Source: Thermoplasmata archaeon (GTDB lineage: Archaea; Thermoplasmatota; Thermoplasmata; Lutacidiplasmatales; UBA184). Taken from it: a stretch of 64,000 nt of DNA. The stretch covers positions 285-64,284 of the forward strand of contig JASHSU010000152.1 of the NCBI GenBank assembly GCA_030038605.1, in the 5' to 3' direction. Made by a program: the position numbers and the translations under genes. Below, in pieces: positions 37,295-45,682 of this stretch; position 1 is the stretch's first letter, and each line of letters starts with the position of its first letter. Below the pieces are notes generated by a model, which did not search any database, had not been told where the DNA came from, and saw only the letters and a program-made list of their open reading frames with translations.

Positions 37295-38962
37295 TCATAA
37301 ACCATCCTCTGGACCCGAACCGGCCGGACGGACCGCCAGAGCGCTGCTCAGAAACTCGTACTCCGGCGTGGATGCCACGAGAGCCAGCGGGAGGTGGAGT
37401 TCCCCGACCCGCCACAGCGACTCCGAGTACCCGACCGCTCGCGGCAATCTCGCCCGAGGCAGCCAGGCCGCTTCGGCGGCCGTGAGGCCGAAGAAGGTCC
37501 GCGCTGCCTCGGAGACCTCGCCCAGATGGAGAAACCCGGTGGCGTACAGATTCCGAAGGGTGGACCGACCGCTGGGCGTGGTCAGGAAGTCGTCCGGGTT
37601 CTGGCTGAGCAGGAGAAGGCCGGCGCGGAAATGGCGGATGTGGCGGACCGTCCGGTCCAGAAACTCCGCGGCCGCGGGGTGGCGCGCCAGAAGGTGGGCT
37701 TCGTCCAGCAGGACCAGGGTCGGTCCTCCGTGGTCCCGAATTCTCCCGTACACCCAGTCGAGCAAGTACGTGAGGTGGAACCCCAGGTGCTCGTCCGGGA
37801 CGCCCGACAGGTCGAAACAGAGCGGGCTCGCGTCGGTCCGCACCGTCGTCGGGCCGTTCGCCCCCGCCAACGAGCCCGACCGGAACACGTCGAGCAGCAC
37901 CCGCAATCGGTCGGACGACCCCCCACCCGGTGGGAGGGCCGCCATCAGGTCGTCGAACGTCGGGACGGCGGGCCCGTCCTCGTACAGGCGCCGAACGGCC
38001 GCATCGAGGACCGCCCCCTCCTCGTCCCGGAGGGAGGGGTAGAGGGCCCGCAACGCCGTCACGACCCGGGCCGACTTCTCGACGCGGTCGCCGGAGGTGG
38101 TCACCGGGTCGAGGGGGTTGACCCGACCCGCGGTGGGATCGGCCAACCGGAGGACCCGTCCCCCCATCCGCTCGACGAGGGAACCGAACTCCCCCAACGG
38201 GTCGAGGACGACGAGGTCGAGGTCCGGCGTCGTCCACCGGGTACGGAGGGCGAACAGGGCCGCGGCGAACGATTTTCCGGAGCCCGTGGTGCCGAACAGC
38301 CCCCAGGAATGGCTGGCGTGGTCCCATCGGTTCAGGAACACAGGGCTCGCGTCGGCCAGGGCGAGGCCGATCAAGATCCCGTTCGGTTCCAGCAGGGACT
38401 CGTCGCCGAACGGAAAGAAGGCGGCCACGGCGTCGGTGGGTAGGGTGTGCCAGAAGCTTCGAGGCCGAGATTCGGATCCGTCGAACTCCGGAGGCCGAAC
38501 GGCGTCCGACACCTCGTACGTCGGGACCCGAGGACGGAAACCGAGGGACGTGAGTCGGTCCGCGAGCCGCGAGCGGGCGCGGGCCACGCGAGCCCGTCCG
38601 GCGGTGCGCGCCTCGAACACGATGCCGACCCTCCACAACTCCTGGACCCTTCGCGCGACGGCCCGGGCGAGGTCGTGTGCCGACTCCTGCTCCGCTTCCA
38701 GTCGGGACGTCTCCGCGCCGGGCGCGGGCGCGGTCATCTCGGCCGCCGCCACCGTCCGGGCTCGCTCGAGCAACTCAACGGCCCGGTCGGTCGGCACCGG
38801 AAGGAGCTGCAGCACGAGTTCCACGGGCTCGGTCGTCGGGAGGACCTTCTCCAGGAATCCGAACGCGACCTCCGACGGGAGTCGTTCGACCAGCAACGGG
38901 GCCCGGCACCCCGCACCGCGGACTTGGAGGGTCGGTTCGACCCGGATCTCTCGGTCGGTCAC
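37295..38962 (-). CDS. virB4: VirB4/TraC-family T4SS ATPase
   Basis: Walker A GTTGSGKS, LDPLGEF, RVNPLD, Walker B LLDEAH, IRHFRAGLLLLSQNPDDF; GTG start 38962 with GGAGAGGA RBS. Confidence 0.85.
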   Translation of the reverse strand: MTDREIRVEPTLQVRGAGCRAPLLVERLPSEVAFGFLEKVLPTTEPVELVLQLLPVPTDRAVELLERARTVAAAEMTAPAPGAETSRLEAEQESAHDLARAVARRVQELWRVGIVFEARTAGRARVARARSRLADRLTSLGFRPRVPTYEVSDAVRPPEFDGSESRPRSFWHTLPTDAVAAFFPFGDESLLEPNGILIGLALADASPVFLNRWDHASHSWGLFGTTGSGKSFAAALFALRTRWTTPDLDLVVLDPLGEFGSLVERMGGRVLRLADPTAGRVNPLDPVTTSGDRVEKSARVVTALRALYPSLRDEEGAVLDAAVRRLYEDGPAVPTFDDLMAALPPGGGSSDRLRVLLDVFRSGSLAGANGPTTVRTDASPLCFDLSGVPDEHLGFHLTYLLDWVYGRIRDHGGPTLVLLDEAHLLARHPAAAEFLDRTVRHIRHFRAGLLLLSQNPDDFLTTPSGRSTLRNLYATGFLHLGEVSEAARTFFGLTAAEAAWLPRARLPRAVGYSESLWRVGELHLPLALVASTPEYEFLSSALAVRPAGSGPEDGL

Positions 38963-39306
38963 TCCTCTCCTCCACGGGCCCCGCCCCTCTCCGCGAAGGC
39001 GAGGGGCAAAGTGCAGGCCCCCAGGATGGCTCCTCTCCAGACGTCGATCGGCGCGGCCCGAGCGAAGAAGACCACTGCCCCCAACGCGAGAGCGCCGAGG
39101 GCACCGACCGCCGACCGGGTCATCCTGGCCGTGGCTCCACCGTGTCGGGAACGGGCGGCCAGCCAACCCACCAAGGCCAGGACGGCGAGCGTCGCGGTCA
39201 GATCGGCGAGCGCCGGGTCGAGGACGGAGAGGAGGCCGCTCAGAAAGCCCCCTCCGGACGTCCACCGCAGGACGCTGAACCCCCCGAAGAGCTCGCCCGC
39301 GGTCAT
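38959..39306 (-). CDS. Small membrane protein of the T4SS-like cluster (about 3 TM)
   Basis: ATG 39306; 4-nt overlaps with both neighbours; hydrophobic. Confidence 0.65.
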   Translation of the reverse strand: MTAGELFGGFSVLRWTSGGGFLSGLLSVLDPALADLTATLAVLALVGWLAARSRHGGATARMTRSAVGALGALALGAVVFFARAAPIDVWRGAILGACTLPLAFAERGGARGGEE

Positions 39307-40082
39307 GGATCCGGCGGGGTGAGGTTCCAGCCCGCGGCGGAGACGGCGGCCCCGAGCGCCCGCCCCTCGAGCACGGTAGGGCCCACGGCCAGGGTCGCCA
39401 AGCCGTCCGCGAGGGCCCTCGCCCGCTCGCGGACCCGTCGCCCGCCCTCGGCGGTCGCGTTCTCCGAGAGGAGGAAAAGGTCGACGCGCCGAGCCCGTCG
39501 CCGGAGGCACAACACCCGCACCAGCTCCGTGTACCCCGCCCGGGCCGGCGCGAGCGACGGCGCGCCGTCGGCCGTGCGGGGGAGCATCGGCGCCGCGTCG
39601 ACGGGCACGGAGTAGGCCCGGAGGACCAGTGCTCCGGACACGCCCCGAAGCACGTCACGGAACCGGTCGAAGAGGCCGGCCAGGTCGTCGGGCGGCCGAT
39701 AGGCGAGCGGCACCCCGTCGGTGCGTACGGCCGCCAGATAGCGACCGTCGCTCCGACGGGCGATCGGCCCTTGAACCCGCGGCACCGCGCGGGGGCTCAC
39801 GCCGACCCCCGGCCGAAGGCGGATCCACCGAAACCGTACCCAGCGCACCATCCGTTCGTCCGCGCTCTCTCCGTCCACTCGGCCGACCGCGACGGCGAAG
39901 CCCACGATCGGAAAGGGAAGCCAGAATCCCAGCGGCAGCCACGTCGCGAGTACGGCACCCGCGGCCGCCCAGCAGAGGAACTTGAGCGCGTCCCGCACGC
40001 TGGGGAAGGGCCCGAGTCGCATCCGTCGGTCGACGCGCTCCGGCAGGTAGACCACCGGGGCGCCTTCGGCGGGATCCGGCAT
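39303..40082 (-). CDS. PrgI/VirB3-like membrane protein with soluble C-terminal domain
   Basis: VYLPERVDRRMRLGPFPSVRDALKF, two TM helices, then DGESADERMVRW; position upstream of virB4. Confidence 0.6.
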   Translation of the reverse strand: MPDPAEGAPVVYLPERVDRRMRLGPFPSVRDALKFLCWAAAGAVLATWLPLGFWLPFPIVGFAVAVGRVDGESADERMVRWVRFRWIRLRPGVGVSPRAVPRVQGPIARRSDGRYLAAVRTDGVPLAYRPPDDLAGLFDRFRDVLRGVSGALVLRAYSVPVDAAPMLPRTADGAPSLAPARAGYTELVRVLCLRRRARRVDLFLLSENATAEGGRRVRERARALADGLATLAVGPTVLEGRALGAAVSAAGWNLTPPDP

Positions 40083-40083
40083 C

Positions 40084-41214
40084 TCACCGGCCGACTCCGG
40101 ACCTCATCGGGGGGAAATCGGACGTGCGGGGGCCCCCGGCGGAGCGAACATGTCGAACCAGATGCGTCGCGGCGTGCCCGAGAGCCGTCCCGATCGCGAG
40201 CGGGGCCGACACGGGAACCGCCGACGAACCCGCCGCTCGGACGGTGGCGGCGACCGACGGCCCTGCTCCACCTCGGGTGGGCAAGGCGGAGGTCGGCCCA
40301 CTGGCGACCGAGGCGGCCGCCGACGAGGGAGCCGACAGGCCGCGTTGAACGCCGGCGGACGCGATGCCGCCCCCGGACGGGAACCCGAAGGCGGCCAGAT
40401 GGGTACCGGCAACGGAGATGAGATACGGCGAGGCGAGGGCGGCTCCGAGGTATCCGAGCAGCAACACCGGGCTGGTCGTATCCACGGCCAGCTGCAGGGG
40501 AACGACCATGACGCAGGGCATGAACGCCAGTTCCCCGAACAGGAGCCAGGCCCGTCGGGGGATGGTCGAAAGGGGCTGCAGAGGCCACAGCAGCGAGAAC
40601 AAGGGAAGCAGGACCAGGAGGACCGAGAGCAGGGCGTCCCGCACTCCGACCGCGAGGATCAGCCCGATGACCGCGAGAAACTCGGCGACCGAGAGGACCA
40701 GAGCCAAGGCCCCGTTATCCCAGGAGAACGACAGCTCGCCCCAGCCGGCGAGGTTCGACCAGTGTTGCCAGGCCCCTCCGTTCCACCCGGACAGCACCGG
40801 GTAGAGTGAGCCCGCCACGTCCAGGAGCCCGGTTGAAATCGGGACGGTGAAATTCGCGACCAGCACCGCCACCACCAGTCGGGGAAGAAGGGCATCCAGC
40901 CGTGCGCCCCACCGTTCGACCGTGGCCCGAACGAGGTAGAGCAGCCCGACCCCCGCGGCGACGAGCGCGATGACGGGGTCCACCGCGCTCGTAACCACGT
41001 CGGTCGAGAACTGGGTCGCGGTGGACAGGAAGTCACCGTTCGACTCCAGACCCGCCCGAACCGGAGGAAAGAGGGCGGACGGCTGGAGGAGCGGCACGAG
41101 CAGATTGTCGTACGTGGGCCCGGTGACCGCCGCGACGATCGCCGTGAACACCGAAAACAGCGCGAAGAGGATCGCCTGGACGATGGCCGACCAATCGATG
41201 GAGAGGGCGAACAA
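40084..41214 (-). CDS. VirB6/TrbL-like polytopic membrane protein
   Basis: About 6-7 TM helices, LLPRLVVAVLVANF and VRDALLSVLLVLLPL..LLW.LQP patterns, Ala/Gly/Ser-rich tail. Confidence 0.7.
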   Translation of the reverse strand: MFALSIDWSAIVQAILFALFSVFTAIVAAVTGPTYDNLLVPLLQPSALFPPVRAGLESNGDFLSTATQFSTDVVTSAVDPVIALVAAGVGLLYLVRATVERWGARLDALLPRLVVAVLVANFTVPISTGLLDVAGSLYPVLSGWNGGAWQHWSNLAGWGELSFSWDNGALALVLSVAEFLAVIGLILAVGVRDALLSVLLVLLPLFSLLWPLQPLSTIPRRAWLLFGELAFMPCVMVVPLQLAVDTTSPVLLLGYLGAALASPYLISVAGTHLAAFGFPSGGGIASAGVQRGLSAPSSAAASVASGPTSALPTRGGAGPSVAATVRAAGSSAVPVSAPLAIGTALGHAATHLVRHVRSAGGPRTSDFPPMRSGVGR

Positions 41215-41224
41215 CGACCCCTCC

Positions 41225-41617
41225 TCACGTCCCCGTCAACACCCAGTGCGCGAGACCCCAGAACAGCCCGGTGATCGCGGCGACGAACAGCAGGGTCCCG
41301 ATGAGAGCATCCCGCGCCCGGTCCTTGGCCTGGACCTTCTTGGTGATGTCGTTGGAGAACCAGCTGAGGGCGACGCGGGCCCAGACGAGGGACAGCAGCC
41401 CCGAGCCGGCCAGTCCGAGCAGCTCGACCAGGCGATTCACGGAGGCCGTGAAGTTGTCCACGGCCGGTGACTGCGCCACCCTGCCCCCCTCGAACTCCAC
41501 CGGGGCGACTCCGGTGGCAGAGGCCGGCGGGACCGCGGGGGGATGGACCGAGGAGATCGACCCGGCCGTCGCGATGGCGACGACCAGGAGGCAGCCGAGC
41601 CAGAGTCCGACGTTCAT
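41225..41617 (-). CDS. VirB2/TrbC-like pilin precursor
   Basis: Signal peptide, then two hydrophobic helices separated by a basic loop (SNDITKKVQAKDRARDALIG). Confidence 0.7.
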   Translation of the reverse strand: MNVGLWLGCLLVVAIATAGSISSVHPPAVPPASATGVAPVEFEGGRVAQSPAVDNFTASVNRLVELLGLAGSGLLSLVWARVALSWFSNDITKKVQAKDRARDALIGTLLFVAAITGLFWGLAHWVLTGT

Positions 41618-43800
41618 TCGAGCTCCCACGCCAGGATTTCGCCGCCGTCTGGTTCTCGCTCGGATCGTACGCGCCCTTCCGCGATCAGGCGGTCGAGCGT
41701 CTGCCGCGCCCGCTCGAGCGGCACACCGCGCTCCTCCGCCAGCAGCTCGACGGTCACCCGGTCCGCACCGTCCGCCGGGCGCAGGAGGTCCTCGAGCACT
41801 CGCTCCGCGTCGGGTCCCGGTGCGGGCACGGAAGGCGCGCGTCGCCGACGTAAGATCCAGACGGAACCGGCCGCGACCGCGACCAGCGCGGCCACGAGGG
41901 CCGCCAACCCCAGCGCGTCGGCCGAGGGAGCGCTCGGCGGCGGAGGACCCGGTGGCGAAGGCGCCGCGGCCGGGAGGTCGAGCGTAAGGTTGGCCTGGGC
42001 GTCCACTCCTCGCGCGTCGCGCAGCGCCACGGCGAGCGTCAGGTTTCCTGATCCGGTCACCCTCGCGGACGCGGCGGTGGCCCCTGCGCCGAAGCGCGCG
42101 CTCCACTCCGTGGCGTTGGAGACGTTGACCCAGCCCTGGTAGGGAGGTACCCCTCCGGTCGGGTCGAGGGTGAAGTTCACCCACGAAGGGCTCGCCCCGG
42201 CCACGCTGACATTCGAGATACGAACGGTCGGGGCCGCGGGAAGAGCCACGGACTCCGTGACGTCGGTCCAGGCACCGGCGTCGTCGAAAACGCCGAGCGT
42301 GACATTGACGACCCCTTCCTCGCTGCGCGACGCACTCCAGGACCAGGACGTGACCCCCGTTAGAGCCGTCATCGACGACGAGTTGGCGAAGCCCACGCCG
42401 GGACTGAGTGTCCACAGGTACGGTGCCGATCCACCCGAGACGGAACCCCGGAGGCCCACGCCGGACGATGCAGCGCCGATCCACACGGAGGCCTGAGCCT
42501 CCAGTGCCAGCTTCGGGGCCACGGCCAAAGTAAGGTTGGCCGCCCGCGCCTCCACGCCGAGGCCATCGGTCACCGAACCGGTCCAGACCGCGAGACCGTT
42601 CGCCGACGGAGTCCATGGGAGGAGGAGATCCCCGTCGACCGGTTCGGGACCGAGGATGCGCCCTACGCCGTCCGGTCCAGTCAGCGTAATCCAGAAGGGG
42701 GCAACCCCCCCGGTCACGGTCACACGCAGGACCGATGCGACCCCGACGTCCGTGACCGGTGGGGTCGCCCGGAGTCCCAATGCGAGCGCACCCGCCACCG
42801 GCTCCAGGTACGTCGATCGAAAGGTCTGGGAGGCCACTAGGCCCTCGACGACGACCGACACGGGGAACGGTCCCGAGAGACTCGGCGTGCAGACAACGTC
42901 CGAGACGTTGCCCGAGCCACCCGAGTCGACCGACGAGCCGCACGCGACGATGTGGTGGGAGGGGCCCACGGGGTGGACGACGGTCGTCGCAAAGCTCACC
43001 GGCTGACCGGCCTCGGCCTCCGGTACCGAGGCAGCGATCCAGGCTGTGGTACCGTTGGAGACCGCCACCGGCTCGGGGGCGACCGCCTCCGTCGTCGCAC
43101 CCTGCTGGTCCGTGACCTGAACCGAGGGGATGTACACTCCGGCCCCGTAGGTGTGGAGGAACCGGACCGTACCCGGCGCGCCTACCGTCTGCTCACCAAA
43201 GGTTCCGTCGCCCCAACTCACATTGAGTTCATACGGGGCCAGACCGCCCTCGAGGGTGGTCGTCAACGTAACCCAGTCCGAAACGACCTGCGACCCCGGG
43301 CGGACGGAGAGGTTGGTCAGCGTGAGGGGTGCGTAGTCGGTCCCGCGGGCGAGCGCGATCTGGTCTTCCGTAGTGTTCCCGGAGGAACAATCGATGGCGA
43401 CCGCCGCACGGGCGCCCACTTCGTACGGCCCCGACTCGAGCGGGGAGAGTGCCACCGTCGTCGACGACGCATTCGGGTCGTCGAAAGTGCCGGCGACCGA
43501 GCTGTTCGCGGGCCAGAACCAACGCGTCCACACGGGGTCGAGCGTGCAATTGGCCGGCGCCGAGCCCCAGCGGGCACTCGCCGTGACGGTCATCGCGCTC
43601 ACGTTCGCCCCAGTCAGGTCGACGGAGAGGGCGACGGGGACACCCGTCGAGCTCGAACCGGAGAACTGCGGGACGGCGGACAGTGGGTGGCTGGGGGCCG
43701 TCGGAGAAACGGACGGTAGAACACTCAGCAGGGCCAAGAACCCCACCAGCCACCAAGCACGTCGGACGTACTCTCCCTCCGGGCCTCGGATCGTCGTCAT
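41614..43800 (-). CDS. Membrane-anchored PKD/Ig-like surface protein with C-terminal cytoplasmic winged-helix-like domain
   Basis: Signal peptide, PKD motif VSWGDGT...HTY..GVY, repeated GG.APY units, Pro linker, TM plus RRRR stop-transfer. Confidence 0.75.
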   Translation of the reverse strand: MTTIRGPEGEYVRRAWWLVGFLALLSVLPSVSPTAPSHPLSAVPQFSGSSSTGVPVALSVDLTGANVSAMTVTASARWGSAPANCTLDPVWTRWFWPANSSVAGTFDDPNASSTTVALSPLESGPYEVGARAAVAIDCSSGNTTEDQIALARGTDYAPLTLTNLSVRPGSQVVSDWVTLTTTLEGGLAPYELNVSWGDGTFGEQTVGAPGTVRFLHTYGAGVYIPSVQVTDQQGATTEAVAPEPVAVSNGTTAWIAASVPEAEAGQPVSFATTVVHPVGPSHHIVACGSSVDSGGSGNVSDVVCTPSLSGPFPVSVVVEGLVASQTFRSTYLEPVAGALALGLRATPPVTDVGVASVLRVTVTGGVAPFWITLTGPDGVGRILGPEPVDGDLLLPWTPSANGLAVWTGSVTDGLGVEARAANLTLAVAPKLALEAQASVWIGAASSGVGLRGSVSGGSAPYLWTLSPGVGFANSSSMTALTGVTSWSWSASRSEEGVVNVTLGVFDDAGAWTDVTESVALPAAPTVRISNVSVAGASPSWVNFTLDPTGGVPPYQGWVNVSNATEWSARFGAGATAASARVTGSGNLTLAVALRDARGVDAQANLTLDLPAAAPSPPGPPPPSAPSADALGLAALVAALVAVAAGSVWILRRRRAPSVPAPGPDAERVLEDLLRPADGADRVTVELLAEERGVPLERARQTLDRLIAEGRVRSEREPDGGEILAWELE

Positions 43801-43882
43801 GACCCCCTGGAGCGCGACGACGTCCGGGCTTTCTGCCCGGCAAATCCCACTGGTCGCTGAACGATGGGGGCCGGAGTGCGCC

Positions 43883-44554
43883 CTACCGACGGGGCGCGGG
43901 GCGGACGAACAGCGCGACGTGGTCACGAGCGAATGGCGCGAGCGGGATCTCGGAAGTCACGCGAAGTCCGGCCGACTCGATCTCGTCCCGCGCCTCCCGA
44001 ACGATCGCACCCGCCGGGCGGGATTGCGTGACCGAGCGGATCTTCAGCATGAAGAGGCCCCGTCCGCCGGGCCCCAGGGCCACCCGGGCATTCTCGGCAA
44101 AGATCGCGGCCTGGTTCCGCTGCGCGACGTCCTGGTAGAGCAAGTCTACCAGCCCTGTATCCGCCCGGTACCGCTCGGGCAGCTGGGCGTCGGCGAGGAT
44201 CGGGAAGATGTTGGCGCGACGACGGGCGAGCGCCAGGAGCGGGGCGAACGCCGTCGGGCTCTTCTCGACCACGAACAGGTCCGCCTCCGGCACCACGTCC
44301 GACAGATGGCTCACGGTCGTCCCGTGCGCGCCTCCGAGGTAGAGGACCGACCCCACGCCCGCGAACAGATCGTTCGGGGCTCCGCGCGTCAGGACCGCCG
44401 CGAGCTTCGACCGGAACGGGTCCCACATCCGGTACTCGGTCGCGCCGTCACGGCGCAATCGCTCCCCGTAGACCCGGTCCCCCGGTGGGCCCCGATTGAC
44501 CGTGTAGAGGTCCCGACCGTCGCGATAGACGCCCGCCCAGGCCGTCGCCTCCAC
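43883..44554 (-). CDS. flpA: Fibrillarin (rRNA/tRNA 2'-O-methyltransferase)
   Basis: YRMWDPFRSKLAA, VLYLGGAHGTTVSHLSD, YQDVAQRNQ. Confidence 0.96.
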   Translation of the reverse strand: MEATAWAGVYRDGRDLYTVNRGPPGDRVYGERLRRDGATEYRMWDPFRSKLAAVLTRGAPNDLFAGVGSVLYLGGAHGTTVSHLSDVVPEADLFVVEKSPTAFAPLLALARRRANIFPILADAQLPERYRADTGLVDLLYQDVAQRNQAAIFAENARVALGPGGRGLFMLKIRSVTQSRPAGAIVREARDEIESAGLRVTSEIPLAPFARDHVALFVRPAPRR

Positions 44555-44560
44555 GGCCGC

Positions 44561-45025
44561 TCACTCGACGGCGACGACCATCTCGACCTCGACCGGTGCA
44601 CCGAGCGGTAACGAGGTCACGCCGACGGCCGCCCGCGCCGGGCGGCCGACCTCTCCGAAGAGGTCCACGAGGATGTCGGTCGCCCCGTTCGCCACCTCAT
44701 GTTGCTTCACGAACCCCGGGGAGGACGCGACGTACACCGTGACCCGGACGACCCTCGCCACGCGGTCGAGCGAGCCGAGCGCGTGCGCGAGGGCGCTCAA
44801 CGCCTGGAGGGTCGCCTGTTGAGCGATCTCCTTAGCGGTCTCGATACGGACATCCTGGTCGACGAGCCCCGGGGCGACGATGCGCCCCTCCTGGGTCACG
44901 ATCTGTCCGGAAACGTAGGCGAATCCACCCGCGACCGACACCGGCGCGTACGTCCCCTTCGGCGTCGGCGGCGGGGGCAATCGGACCCCCAGCCCGGCCA
45001 ATCGGGCGGTCGTTCCGGACGGCAC
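44561..45025 (-). CDS. RidA/YjgF family protein
   Basis: AYVSGQ, QHEVANGA, PARAAVGVTSLPLGAPVEVE. Confidence 0.9.
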   Translation of the reverse strand: MPSGTTARLAGLGVRLPPPPTPKGTYAPVSVAGGFAYVSGQIVTQEGRIVAPGLVDQDVRIETAKEIAQQATLQALSALAHALGSLDRVARVVRVTVYVASSPGFVKQHEVANGATDILVDLFGEVGRPARAAVGVTSLPLGAPVEVEMVVAVE

Positions 45026-45108
45026 GTCCTCCCGAAGCGTTTCGGTAGAAAACGCCGCGGTCCGATGGAGCCACAGCCCTAAAAACGAGGTCCGACCATC
45101 GTAGGGCG

Positions 45109-45621
45109 ATGTCCTTCCTGCGAAGGCTCCGTCGGGACAAGGAGGACGCCGCTCCGGCGAAGTCCGAGCCCGCCCCGCCCGACTCGTCCCCACCGGGGAA
45201 GGGTGAGGGGTCCGAGGAGGACGTCCGGGTCTACGGCGCCGACGACCGGCCGGCCGCCGCCGCCAAGACCTCGCCCCGGGCGCGGGCCCCAAAACCCGCG
45301 CAGCCCGAGCCCGAGGTCGAGAGCCTCCCCGAGCCGGCCCCGGAATCGCCGTCGCCCTCCGCGCCCGCAGCGGACGCCGCCCCAGCGGCGCCGACGCCCG
45401 TGCCGGCTCCTCGCATCGAGCTGCCTCGACCCGTGGCTCCCGCCCCCGACCTGTCGCCGACCGCCGAGCTTCCGCCGAGCCCCCCGCCACCTCTGCCCGA
45501 GAAGGGACCCCTCCCCACGCAGGCCACGGCGGTGGCCGCACCCGAGACCGTGTGCTTCGTCTGCGGGACCCCGCTCGAGGGAAAGTACTGTCCGACCTGC
45601 CGGATGACCTGGGTCGAGTGA
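45109..45621 (+). CDS. Pro-rich disordered protein with C-terminal Zn ribbon
   Basis: MSFLRRLRR N-terminus, PEP-rich linker, CFVCG...YCPTC. Confidence 0.65.
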   Translation: MSFLRRLRRDKEDAAPAKSEPAPPDSSPPGKGEGSEEDVRVYGADDRPAAAAKTSPRARAPKPAQPEPEVESLPEPAPESPSPSAPAADAAPAAPTPVPAPRIELPRPVAPAPDLSPTAELPPSPPPPLPEKGPLPTQATAVAAPETVCFVCGTPLEGKYCPTCRMTWVE

Positions 45622-45682
45622 ACGACGGTGCCGGCGCTCGTCTAAGGTTTTGAGCCCCGTCCGCTAGGGAACCCGACTTCGC

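Noticed and set aside
28697-43800. Integrated conjugative element at tRNA-Glu carrying the virB4 cluster
   Set aside because: No integrase and no duplicated tRNA 3' end seen; housekeeping genes (pst, truA, hps) lie in between
43801-43882. Shared damage-response motif between the T4SS-like cluster and the polB2 promoter
   Set aside because: Only a short CCGGGC-N5-GCCCGG inverted repeat is present, with no convincing match to the palindrome at 11025-11043
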